Of a stretch of DNA of 64,000 nt, positions 51,249-64,000 are shown piece by piece. The notes beneath the pieces were generated by a model. It had not been told where the DNA came from. It did no database searches and worked only from the letters and a program-made list of their open reading frames with translations. The DNA lies in the NCBI RefSeq assembly GCF_026571515.1, contig NW_026853774.1:62001-126000 (forward strand), given 5' to 3'. The position numbers and the translations under genes are program-made. The stretch's first letter is position 1, and each line of letters begins with the position of its first letter. Origin of the DNA: Ruditapes philippinarum. Lineage: Eukaryota.

Positions 51249-54200
51249 CATATTTTGAAAGCATTTGTTTTATTTAATTAAAATTAGTATCAAGATTTGT
51301 TTTGGCTTTTTCAAACCTTTTGATTAATATGATTTCAAAGTTTTAAACCTTAAGTTGTTACTATTATAAATCAAGACATTGGCTAAAAAGAGTAAATTTT
51401 ATTGTTATGTATAGTTGATAAGAGAGCAGAAAAAGGATGTAAGTATTGTAATTGGTTGTGATGTTTATATAACAATCTTCATCATTGATTTATAGAATAA
51501 AAATGCTGTTTACTAAGTATCTATTTTTGTGTAGGGTACTGTATGTCTTAATATTTATACATTCTGTGTTCTGAGTGTTGTATTTCATTTCTATGCTCCC
51601 CATTGTAAAAATGATGATCATACTGTGATTGGGTGGTGGTGCCATTAATATATACATCATGTTATGCTTGTCAAATCAGTAACTTGAGAATTGAAAGATG
51701 CAATTAAATTTTCATGGCAAAAAAAAAAAAAGACAAAAACCTGTTCATTAGTTAAGTTAGTAGGTCAAGGTCACAGAGACATTGTAAAAATCCTTATTTG
51801 TTTGATAATAACTTGAGAAGTTATTAGCTAAGGTGTGTTTATCTTAGTAGGGACATTGTCCATGACCAATAGATTTACACCAGCTATTTTTGGTCAAAGG
51901 TCAAGGTTATAGTGACATTTTGGGTAAAGTCCTTGTGTGATCAATAAAATTAAAATTGATAAGCCTAATTTCGTAAAACTTTGTAGTGACATTGCCCTAG
52001 AAAGTAGGTGATCCTTACTGAATTTGAGATCTTAGCATAGGTCAAGGTCACAGTGAATCCTTTTCCAATGAACAACTTTTGAAAATGTGAGAAAATATAA
52101 GCGTGGGTTTTGTTTAACATTTAATTAACTTGGTCTATGGTCAGTAGATGACCCAAATTAGTCATTAGTTCAAAGTCATAGTTTAAGTTACACTTGGAAT
52201 CCTTATCTTATCAATACACAGAGGTTTCTCAGTCATAGATTTCATGAACTAATTAGTTTGTATTATAGTATTCTTAGTATATAATATGACTATGTAATTA
52301 ATACTTTAAGCACTTTGGCATGATATTGAAATGTTTTAATACAATACACATTATAAAATAAAGCATGAATTATAGACAGTTTTTGGAGAATTATTATTTA
52401 GCTTACAATAGATTATACTTAGTATTTTTCATTTGTGAACAGCAGCTAATATGTGTATACATCTTGTGTTCACTTTGCAAAATACATGTATATTTCAATC
52501 TTTCATGTAATACAAAGATTCTCTATAGATTATTAGGTGAAAGGGTTGGCATAGCTGTTTCATATTTATTAATTGGATTCATGTCATTGTTACTGTACAG
52601 GGCTCATTATGCGTTTTCTCTCCCTATGGACATATAACAATGTTAAACTAATAGGTTTATAAAGTACACTAATGAATTCCTAAGCAGGCTGACACATTTT
52701 CATATGAATTCTTGAAAAATATGAACTCTTGTCATTCGATTTGAAGAGTGATTGGAATTCTTTCTATTTAGCACCCCACCAATAATATAAATCAATTGTA
52801 TTACTTTAGAATTGCATTAGCCATACTATTTGAAGTTACACAAAATATGATGGTTTGTCAAACATAAAGGATACATTATACATTTGACTGTTATTGTAGT
52901 GAAATTGAATTTTTTTTTTAAAAGTATTATTGTAACTGAGAAATTTCGATCAGATAATTGGAGCATTTACATCATTTTCTTTGTTACAAAAATGTGTTAC
53001 AAAGAGTAAATAAATACATGCTTAAGTACACATCACTTTTTCACATGCATTTCCGATATTGTTAGATAATTAGCAAAGAACAAGTTTAGTTTCTCTTTTT
53101 TCATCACTCTTCATGTATAATTTATTGTTAGCAAGTTGCTACAGTGACATAAAAGAAGCATATGTTTTAAGAGTAAATAATTATTCTGTAGGGAGCTTGA
53201 TGCCTGAAAGTTGTCACACTTCTCTTTGACATTTTTGTTTTGTTTAATGTTATTGATGAGATTACAAAGCGATAATGTATTGCAAACGCTGTGCAACATC
53301 TAAATTTAAATATGGTAGAGAGGGAAATGACATTTTGTTAAATTTGTGTTCATGTTCAGGAAACAATCACTTAACTTTAACAGAAAATGTTTTCCTAGTC
53401 TTCTGCCTTTATACCCCAAGCCTATAATAACAATAAAACATACAGAGAAATAATGATTTGAGATAACTATGTCTGCTTTGCTTTGTGAATTCTTTTTAAA
53501 AAGATTAAACAACTTTTCAGCTGCTTTACGAAAACCTTGTTACATTTGAATGTTAACTGTTATAATAATTCCCATGTACTGCTACATGATTGGAGCCAGG
53601 CCTGTCTGCGTGTCTGTTCAGTGTGAATGGGCTCCATACTTTAAGCTTCTGAAGTTAAATATTTGAAACCCATTTCATGGGCATTGTGTAGTTCAAAATT
53701 CAAGTATGACAAGTGCATAATACACATTTAAAATGGTAGCAATTGATACAAGATTACAGTACATTTGGTCATTTATGTTGGAAGATTTTCCTTGACATTT
53801 TATTAATAACTGGTCAATACCAATAGTAGTTTTTTCCCATTAAATTGATAGCAGCATGATTAAACCAGGTGATCTTTGTTTAATACTTAAAGGCCCCTTA
53901 TGCTTCAGCAATGCTTATTTTTATATCTCAGAAGCTTTTATTTTTGGTGTCCTGTTATAGTTTTCAAGAAATTACTCATTTGCCAATGGCCTAAACTTGA
54001 TTCTGTTGCCTATGGCAATTAGTACAGTTATAGTGATATAGTATTTTGTATGGAGGTCAACATTTACATTCTGCGACTTTTATGACAAATATTTTCACAT
54101 TCAGTGCTACTTACTATTTCAACCTTATAAAACACAAACCATGCTTTCTAAAGAAGGAAAAAAACATTTGTTTCTAAGGCATACTGTGCCTTAAATGTCA

Positions 54201-55504
54201 AACTTAGACTGGCAGTTGTTCTGCCAATTTTCTTAATTTTGATTGAAAAGGAAAAGAATGATAGGATTTCTGAAAGGAAAACGTAACATATTTTGTAAAT
54301 CAATAACTGCAATACAAGGAATAATGGTCATGAATGGTTTGGTATTAATTGAAAATAAAGAAATATTTTTATAACCACAATGCTGTGCAGATGAAGTTGT
54401 ATTGTAGTTTGTTCTGACATTCATTTAATCATCTGCTTTCTGGAGGCATATATATTAATGTCTCAGAAATTGCTATAAAATTTCATGGATTTCAATTTCT
54501 TTTAATAAATGTATTTGTCTGAGAAATTTATGACAGTCATTTTTATTATTTATTATTCATTGAACCAAAGAGTATTTCTATTAAGTTATCACTATTGCGA
54601 CCACAGAACTGTCAAGAAACTGTGACAGAAATTATCCCCAATTGCTGACGGCATGTTTTCCATTATCATTACACTTTAAATTTAATATATCTTTCACTTA
54701 TAAATCTAAATTTGATGTATCATTCACTTAGAAAACTAGACAGTTATTTTCCCTTTTTCTCTCTCTGTAAAGGTTGAAGCAATTTAAAGACTGAAACTAA
54801 CAACTTTGCTTAAGTCACTCATAGTGTAAGTGGTAATTAAAATGCTTCTAGTATAAAAGTCTGGCCATTTTGGACATCCATGAATTTAGGCCAGATTTTA
54901 TATTAAACACTTTTTAAGCTTTTTGATAATGAAAAAAGATTAAGAGTCGGAAATTCAAATCACAAAGTTAGTGGTGTATGGGTCAGCTTGCTGGCATAGC
55001 AATACATAGAAATATATAATTACCATTATTGCCACATTATGGTATAAATTGATGAAATTAATAACATAATTTAACACCATGTTTACAAGCTCCTCATTCA
55101 TTTTTTGCCAGTATGTAGCTATAGAGAGTGTGTTGAAGAAAATAGGGAAAGATAAGGGAAAGGTATTATGTGGTGAGATTTAGCTAATGTCTGTTTACGT
55201 TTACATTGTTGTTGTATTATGAATGGTTTATCCACTTTAAGCTTGCTGCTTATACTGTCATCATCATTATTATAGTCATCACATTATCATTTTCATCATC
55301 AGTAGATGTAGCAGTTTTCTTCGGCTACGATGTTCATTATGGTAGAAGCCTTCATATTTACTTTTACTATCGTTGCCATATTTATAGTAATTATCAAAAC
55401 ATTACCAGTCAGCACAACTAGGACTGTCATCATCCTAATGTCACCTGTTATCATCATCATCACTGTCATCTGATCATTGGTAATCATCATCATCATCATC
55501 ATCT

Positions 55505-55720
55505 GACCGCCTCTGTGGTCGAGGGGTTAGAGTCGATGACTTCTAAGCAAGTTACCTCTCTGGCGTGGGTTCAATCCCCGGGAAATACTTTGGTAGTTTA
55601 GCACGGAGGAAGGTAGTCTTGTACTTGTGTAACTCTCCAGGAACGATGGTTAGGAAACTACCCGCCTATCTTAATGAAATACTGTTTTGGAAAAGGCGTA
55701 AAATGAAACAAACAAACAAA
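55505..55720 (+). mobile_element. Full-length tRNA-derived SINE inserted in an (ATC)n microsatellite
   Basis: A-box tggtcgaggggttaga, B-box gggttcaatcccc, (CAAA)n tail, flanked on both sides by atcatcatcatct; absent at the paralogous site ~28290. Confidence 0.85.
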
Positions 55721-58700
55721 ATCATCATCATCTTCATTATTATTTTTATAATCATCTTGACATCACTTGTTGTTTCAGCAACAGTAGCATCACTATTGTC
55801 ATCATCATCACCAACATGTCACTGTGGTTGCTGTCATGATTTTTAGTTCCCCAATACATAACATACTATGAGAGTTATAGCAGTATCTCACAGTATGTGG
55901 TAGAATATACAGGAAAAATATCTGACATGTGTTTGCTGTTGTGATTGGAATATCTTTCTCTCAGGTACCCACCCAGGGTGGCAACTTGGCAAGTATCATT
56001 ATCCCCATGTGGGCGATTTTCCATGGGATTGATATTCTGTTCCGAACTGCAACATATGACAGATATTATTAATATTGGTCAAAGTTTTCAAAATAATGTC
56101 TACATATATATTATATGTTAAGAAGGAAAAACAGGTTCACGATGTGGTACAGTCAGGGAAGATCTGTTTTTATAATAATTACAGCAAGATTTGTTTATAT
56201 ATTGATTATAGCTTAAGTATAGGACATAAAACATTTTGCATTCCTTTTACATTTTTTGTATATGGATGTTAGATCTCTAAAGGGAATAATGGCATACTGA
56301 TGTTAATGTGATGATGTTCTGTCTGACTTTAACAAATTAAATTAAGTTGAGATATTCAGATAAATGTAGTACTAATGAAAATTTTCAATTTAGACTTTGC
56401 GTTTTTATTTTGAATCAATGATTATATCATTATGAGTGATAGATTTTATCTCCTTCATGATTATGTATGAGTACCAGTTTCTGCTATAAACATTGTAGAC
56501 TATTAAAAAACTGTTTTTTAAAAGCAGCAGACTTTAGGTTTTCACATAATTACAAGAAAATTATGCAATTGTTCATTAATTTCAGTTTAAGAAGTCCTGT
56601 TTTTATTATACTCAAGACTTTGTATATTATTTTTAAGTTAAACAAATTAATAAAATAATATACATGTATGTAATCTTGTTATATTCTAGACTTTATATAT
56701 AGTTTTAAAGTTAAACAAATTGATAAATATATCTGTTTTATTGTTGTGTTACATTCCCTTTGGTTTTGTAGAAGGTTTATTTTTATGAAAATGTATGGGA
56801 TTTCAACTTTTTATACCTTATTATGAATTGAATATTTTAATCAAAAGAAATTGTTTTGTTTTATATATTAAATAAATTTGTTTTAAAAAATTTATGATTA
56901 TTTTCGTTCTCTATATTTAATGATAAAATGGCTAATTGAATGATACTTTTCTTTCATTGTGAAAACCATGTTGAATCCACATTATTTCAGATTTGTTTGA
57001 TTTGGTTACATTTTAAGAAAAATAGCATTAAATTATTAATGAAAATGTTTGGAACTTATTAAATTAAGAAATTCTGCATTTATTCTCTAAGAAATAATTG
57101 AATATTTCCATTAGTGTTAATGCATTTTATGGGGTAATGTTTCACATGTCACATGTATAGTTACGTGGCACACACTAAAAGCATGCAGGATGTTTTTACA
57201 TGTAAGATGGTAAATAAAACAGATACTATAATGATTATATTTTAATGTTTTAAAATTGATGAATTATATATAAATGTCTTTTATCTTAAAACTATCATTA
57301 AGCCAAGTTTTTTCTTTTTTATCTGTTTTCTTAATTGATGTTTGCTTAATGGATATAATGTAATTATCTGAATGACGTTGAAAGATCAGAGATTTTGAAA
57401 AACCTTTTGATAAATCTTATAATGAGAGATATAAATATGTTTTTTTTTATGAAAACACTTTTAGAGAATGTTATATGAATATCTTCTTGTGTTGACATGT
57501 TTGACAGCTTAGAGTGACACAATTAATAATGTTTTTAAGTTAATAACTTGTCAGTTTTGATATCAATATTTAGGTGGTAAAATTACTAATAAGTGTAGTT
57601 TAACTGTGTCTTGTATACTCAGCTTTGATTTGTTTTCAAAAAGTTTTAGATAACCGTTTTAAGTCTTATGATGTTGATACTACAGTTGTTTGTTTTAGAA
57701 TGTATGATGTGACATTAAATTGTAAAGTATTTAAGACAAGTTTTCATTGAAATATTATTTTAACCATTTCTCATTTTTTAGTGAAAGTGACTTGATAAGT
57801 GTATGATAATAAATTGCATAACGTAACAATTTGAATGATAAGATATTAAGTTTATCTGTTTTAATTGTTATAACATTTCTATTAACTTCTTTTTTTTCAA
57901 ATTTTATTTAAAATTTCATCTTCATTGCTCATACAAATCTGTTTGTGTGCACATGAGATTAAGCAGTATTTCAGATAAATGTTGTTGTATATATTACCAC
58001 TCAACTTGTCTTGTAATTAATTAGCCATTTTAAGTTAAAATGGTGATAAAATAAATAACAAAAGCAATAACAGAATTGTTTATCATTTCCAGGCCGCATT
58101 ATGGAATGCCAGAACACAAGCTCAGGTGGAAATGTTTGAGCAGGAAATGACACGAATGAAGCTAGCTCATAAATTGGAAGTTAAGGTATAATTCATGCTG
58201 TGAAAATTATAGTTTCTATTGAAACATAAAATTAAGGAAAGTCCTTAATTTATCACTAATGTGTTATTGTGACAACTCTTAAAATTGATTTTCTGTATAG
58301 AAACCATAAATGTTATATTGCCAAATTTAGAGACCTTGTAGCAAGTTCTGTTTAAATTCAATGTATTTGACTGTAGAGAAGTACCAGAAGTTTTTGATGA
58401 TTATAATATGTTTTTTTCTTTTAAGATTTAAATAGTTCTTTGCTTTGTCTGAAATTAAATTATCATATCTATTTTAAGAAACTAGTATTAAAACAGTATA
58501 TTTTGTGTTAGTTTCAATAAAGTGAAACCTGTAAATGTAAAGGCTTTTAAAGAATTAGTACAAGTTGTTGAAGGATATTTTTAATTTATCAAATCGTATG
58601 AAATAGGAAGCAGTACAAAAAGCTGCCAGTCAACATGTAGACAAGCTGGAGTCCAAACAGAGGACCAGTCAAGGGCAACCTCATGATAGGGAAACAGTCC

Positions 58701-60730
58701 AATCACAAGGATATTCAAAGTATGAAAGGCATTCAACCATTCAGCCTCGTTCTGGTACAGTTCAGCACCAAGGGTATTCAAACATGAGACCAGATCAAAT
58801 GGCACAGCAATAACACAGCAAGATAGACTACATTCTGTGAAACTCACTTAGAGGTTAAACTATCATTATGGTACTTGTAAGCTTCCAGCTTATGCACAGA
58901 AAGGAACCTTATGTTTTCCTTTTCCTCAACCAGTGACACTGGTAAATCTATATAATCTTTATAATTATTATGATATTTACATTGTTAACAATTTATTATC
59001 CAACGTAAGAAAAATAGAATGTTAAAATTTCCCTTCCTCTTTTCACTTTGAGGTAAATCAGATTTTTATGACTTTAGTACGTATTTCAAATGAAGCTGTA
59101 TATTTGATAATGGACATAGAATTACAGATACCAAAGTTAACTGAAAATATTTTTAATAAGCCATTCAAATCTTAGTAGAATATTTATTATATTCTGTAAA
59201 TCTGTCTGGTGAGAACTACAAAGAAATTGGATAAAAATTGAAGCTTTTGTAAAATGAGATGAGAAACATGATAACTGACAGACAAGACACAAATCAAGGG
59301 AATGATAAACATGGGCATGACAAAATGAAAGATAGGGAGAGTCAGCGAGGCAGTACAGCACCATCTACAAGACATAGAGACATTAGAGGTCGAGATATCA
59401 AACTTGCCAACAAATCTCGTCCTAAACTAAAGACTGCTGACATATTTCCAGTTGAGATGAAGAAGGCATTTACACATTACAGGTCGATTCTCTTAATAAT
59501 AATAATGCATACATTTCAAAGACACAGCGAGTAAAATGCGCTCTTTTTAAATAATTACTAGTTTAAAGATTCAAAGTTTTTTTATTTATAAATTTTGATA
59601 GAAAGTAGAAACTGTTTATGTTGATCAAACTTTAAGACTATTTTTTACTTTTTACATTGTAAGTTCATCAATTCAAAATAATACTTGGACTGGAGTATGT
59701 ATTATGAACACTGTTATCAGTTTAATAATTCTTATAATTTTAGAGTACCCCCAGCACCATCAGACATCAGTTACTATAGCGATGCTGAGGTTGATGATAG
59801 AATACACAACAGGTCAAGGTCACAGACTGGTACATATGCACTCTACTCCCCTGAACTAAAAGGTACATTTATATAATTATTAATACTGAAACAATGTGTT
59901 AAATATTTTCTACCTGTTTCTTTATTACCTTCACAGGTTTGGTACAAGCGTTCATGCCTAAAGTGTGATTATATATCAGAGGAGGTTTTTTTTTGTCAAA
60001 AAGACTACCTGGAGTCTATGTGTGACACTGTATAATTAAAATCTCAACATGACTGGATAATGTTAGTGACATTTAATCCCAAATATCTGAAATTACATCT
60101 TGTCATTTAAGTCTTTTGTCAACAAAACTAAAATAAAGTGAGGCTTTAGCGCCTTTAAAAAGTGAAAAAGCTAATGTATCAGTTACAGTTAGTTATATAA
60201 CAGAGCTGAGAAACAGGCTTATGTACACAAGGAAAGTCTTGTAATGTATAGTTTGCTCTACTTTTACAGAGAATAGCGCGAGATCTCGAGGTCGTCACAG
60301 GAGAAGTAGGTCAGCGGAGGCGTCGTTTATGTTACCTAAAGACTCAAGTACATGGACAGATAGTGATTATAGAACATCTGATTATTCACCTACTGCTCCA
60401 GAGTCAGATATTACTGGTAGGGTAACTAGTGTCAAGTCTCTAAATTCAATAAATATTTGCATTTTATTAGCTTGTGTGAAATCACACATACTATTGTGAT
60501 GTATTGCAACTGATTTTATTCTGTTAAAAAGCAAATCCAGAATGAAGTGATTTGTTGTTGTTGTTTTTTTTCAATTAAAGTGTATTTTGATAGAGTCTAA
60601 AGTGTCTGTCCTGATTTTACTTTTTTTGTCTTCATTATTGAGCATTTTCTGTATAACAAGGAATTGTGGGGGTATATAAAAACCAGATATTGTTACCTAA
60701 TGAGGATGTATACTGTAGTTTTAAACATAA

Positions 60731-61209
60731 CATTGGTAGCATGTATATAAACTGTATTACTGGAAGTACATGATAGCTTGTATATAAACTATATTACTGG
60801 AAGTACATGATAGCTTGTATATAAACTATATTACTGGAAGTACATGATAGCTTGTATATAAACTATATTACTGGAAGTACATGATAGCTTGTATATAAAC
60901 TATATTACTGGAAGTACATGATAGCTTGTATATAAACTATATTACTGGAAGTACATGATAGCTTGTATATAAACTATATTACTGGAAGTACATGATAGCT
61001 TGTATATAAACTATATTACTGGAAGTACATGATAGCTTGTATATAAACTATATTACTGGAAGTACATGATAGCTTGTATATAAACTATATTACTGGAAGT
61101 ACATGATAGCATGTATATAAACTATATTACTGGAAGTACATGATAGCTTGTATATAAACTATATTACTGGAAGTACATGATAGCACGCATATAAACTATA
61201 TTACTGGAA
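60731..61209. repeat. 37-bp minisatellite, ~13 copies (CATGATAGCTTGTATATAAACTATATTACTGGAAGTA)
   Basis: Near-perfect tandem units (period 37: 60769, 60806, ...); present as a single unit at ~39289-39322. Confidence 0.97.
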
Positions 61210-62415
61210 ATAAGAGTGGATTGGAGTCCTGAATACAAGTAAAACATTCATTGAAATTGTTTCCTGAAAGAAGATAGTTGAATGATCTGTTGTAAATGTT
61301 ATCATCAATTGATTTGCTTAATTAATATATCTAGAATTTTAGACATTACACAGAAATATTGCTAACACCAAACTGTTGAAGAAAATAATCTTATTTTGTC
61401 AATAAACATAATAACTAGTAAATAATATTTGTGTCAACAGCCATTGCTACAGGAAATGTATGTACTTTAAAATACTCAAGTGTCTAAACTTTTTATCAAG
61501 AATGCTGGTTGATTTTTAGAGTAAACTCAATTTTATTCTGTCAAGTTAGTGAGATGTTTTAGATAACTAAAATCAGACTACTTTAGGGAATTAACCAAAA
61601 ACATTACTTTAAAATTAATCAAAAACATATTTCCTGGCAAATCAAACAAATTTTAAGACTATATAGTTACTTTGATGTTTGATTTTGCTATTCACTATGA
61701 AAGAGTTACAGTTCTTGATTAAAAAGATATATATAAAATGAAATTCATATCGCAGCTCTTCTAGCAGAAATTAATCACCTTGTTTTAATGTGGCAGCATG
61801 GCTTAGTGGTTAATTTATCGCATGTGTTGTTCAACCCGTTAGTGGCAAGCTTTTGTGTCCTGGAGCAAGAAACTTTACACTCATTGCTTAGTACTGTTTG
61901 GTTATCTGTTTATTTTAGGCAGCAGAGTATTGACATTAGTATAATATTTGTTTATTCTCAATTGTATATATTGCAGGTAGTACACACTTCAGCATCAACT
62001 TATTACATTCATCTAACAGTAACCCAAAAACATGGATAATATCATTATTAAAAAAAATATTCATGCTGATTTAAGAACTCTGGGGAGCCAGTATTTCTCA
62101 TTGAATTACCATATGATTAGCCTTACCATGTCCATAGAAATTATAAGAATTTTTTAGATACAACATATTTAATTTAGATTCAACATATAACACTTATGTT
62201 AGATCTGCAGGCGCTATCTTATACATGTATGATAAGTCAACTCTGAATCTTATATACACATCATAAAGTTTAATAAACATTAGCATTTTTTTTATGAGAA
62301 ATAGTTTCAAGTTCAATATCTTAATCGTTTATACTTACAGAGGATCCATCCCCACCAAGTAAATCAATACCAGATACACAACTTCTCTGCAAGCGTCTGG
62401 AGGAGAAGATCATCA

Positions 62416-64000
62416 AGGATATTAATGAGTCGTAAACTATTTTAATGAGAGGAAAATGAAAGGTAAATGACATGAACTCAATATATTTGAAAGCATGTGA
62501 AGATCAATAATTGAACACTAAAAGGTAATTAACATGAATATTTGATACTTTATTTATCGGTTTTTATTGAAAGTGAAATACCGTGAATTGCGTGCGTGAT
62601 TAAGGTACCATAATGCTTATTTTTTTACTGTCGAGTTGAGTTGAATTAGTTACAGAGAAATAGATTGATTATTATGCCTGTGCTCGACCAATAATTGATA
62701 ATAAACAAGAGCCTTAGCCGGGCATGGGCAACGATCAACGTTTTTACTTTTTCCAAAAGCAAAAAATAAACTGTTTCAACAAATCTTTAAAAAGAAAATT
62801 TTTAGATTTTACTTTTTTATTTTAATAGGTATGTCAAGTCACACTTGTTGTGCACAAGTTTGAATTATTTCCATAAATAAATGGCAAAGATAAGACATAT
62901 ATAAGCAAAATGCAAATATCTGTTTTTGATTTTGGTCAATGTCTTTAAACGGTCAAGGTCATATCATATCTGAATTATTCAATCCGCCGTTTTGTCATAA
63001 GTGTTGTTGTGTCCTAACTAGTATGAACCAAATCTGTACATGAATAACAAAATAATGACAATTGAACCGAAATTCAATAAATTGGCCTTGACAGTCAAGG
63101 TCATTTAAAGCTCATTGTTAAGGTCAGTACAACCCTTTAGGAGGTCTTATCTGTCCAAGTATGAAAAGGACCTATTCATTAATTACTAAGTTACAGTCAA
63201 TTATAGCAAAGTCAGTGTAAATCGAATAATTTGTAATTAATAAACCAACTTCAATTTGAGTTAAATATATAGATTTTTACCCTAAAAATATTATGTCTTA
63301 ATACGAAGTCACTTCATTCATTGATTTTGCCGCGTAATGGCATGCGTTCTCCTTTTTGACGTCATCACATCGTCTATTTTGAAATATATATGTAAATTTT
63401 CTCTTATTTTGCTACATTTTTAACATGATGTATGATTACATCCACTTTCTTTTCCCCAATAATCAAAATTTACGTATGACGGCATTTATTTTTGCCTGTT
63501 ATTCCATTTAGTTATGATATTCTTTTCATCCGCATTCAGATATAGTCAATCTACAGTGGTAATTATATTTTATAGATTTCACTATTGGTTTATCAGAATA
63601 TAATCATCTGATATATTACAGTAAAACACTGGAAAACATGAAATAAATATTTATACGTATATAAGTAATGTTCATTTTAGCTGTTGTTATGCAAGTTACA
63701 TTAAAAGTTAAATAATTATGTTTAAAGATGTCGTCATTATAAGTTTAAAAGGTTGTTATTTTTTTTTAGCTAAATCATCTTTTACTTTTTGACCATTTAT
63801 GATATTTAAGTGATAAAGTATTTTTAAATTATGGAAGACAAAGTACCACTTAGTTTACGTTTTGCTAATTAAATGACACATAATTTCACATTCCACGCAG
63901 CTTTCTTCACGGTATAGCAATCTGACATGCTCTAGAGCCATTATAAAACATATATTTATCTTTTCAACAGAGGAAAGCTAGGTATAATATGTCTATAGAC
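62416..64000 (+). repeat. Recent duplicate of 47319-48924 (start of a second ~15.1-kb tandem unit)
   Basis: AGGATATTAATGAGTCG... at 47319 and 62416; near-identical (~96-97% by eye) to the window end. Confidence 0.95.

Larger units (their letters stand above)
49501..62415 (+). pseudogene. CCDC158: Partial duplicated CCDC158-like pseudogene (intron 16 to mid-exon 23)
   Basis: Colinear with ~19541-40644 at roughly 85-90% identity. Exon copies: 58093-58185 (17, intact); 58607-~58829 (18, 11-bp insertion gives TAA 58811, donor deleted); ~59200-59482 (19, acceptor AG>AA, TAA at 59232 and 59250); 59744-59862 (20); 60270-60416 (21); exon 22 deleted; 62341-62415 (23, truncated). Confidence 0.92.

Noticed and set aside
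55505-55585. tRNA gene
   Set aside because: A and B boxes are present but there is no closed cloverleaf; it continues into a SINE body with tail and TSD
55206-55846. Ile/Met/Ser-rich ORFs
   Set aside because: Decayed (CAT)n microsatellite plus a SINE
60731-61209. CRISPR-like 37-bp repeats
   Set aside because: Head-to-tail repeats without spacers, eukaryotic context, no cas genes

Overview
AT-rich animal genomic DNA. The repeat families (tRNA-derived SINEs, Helentron/HINE-type elements with satellite cores, MITEs) point to a bivalve mollusc; this is an inference. The window holds one complete + strand multi-exon gene, CCDC158-like (coiled-coil domain-containing protein 158). I could join 24 GT-AG exons in frame from ATG 1307 to TAA 41029, giving about 1281 aa. 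Its introns are loaded with nested non-autonomous transposons. Downstream lies a diverged, pseudogenised partial duplicate of the gene's 3' half (about 49501-62415, copy of about 19541-40644). That duplicate was itself caught in a younger ~15.1-kb tandem duplication (47319 onward repeats at 62416 onward). The duplicate acts as an internal outgroup and shows empty sites for many insertions. Main points of interest: (1) a conserved CCDC158 coiled-coil exon appears to be absent from the 14.2-kb intron 16, which instead has an unusually conserved island with candidate 24-nt and 6-nt microexons; (2) a 99-bp retroposed insert with a 13-bp TSD carries a Penelope-type minimal hammerhead ribozyme; (3) a 37-bp minisatellite arose at a deletion breakpoint; (4) a 27-bp minisatellite is an array of C/EBP-ATF motifs; (5) intronic elements show a strong orientation bias. 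All coordinates, alignments and counts were done by eye.
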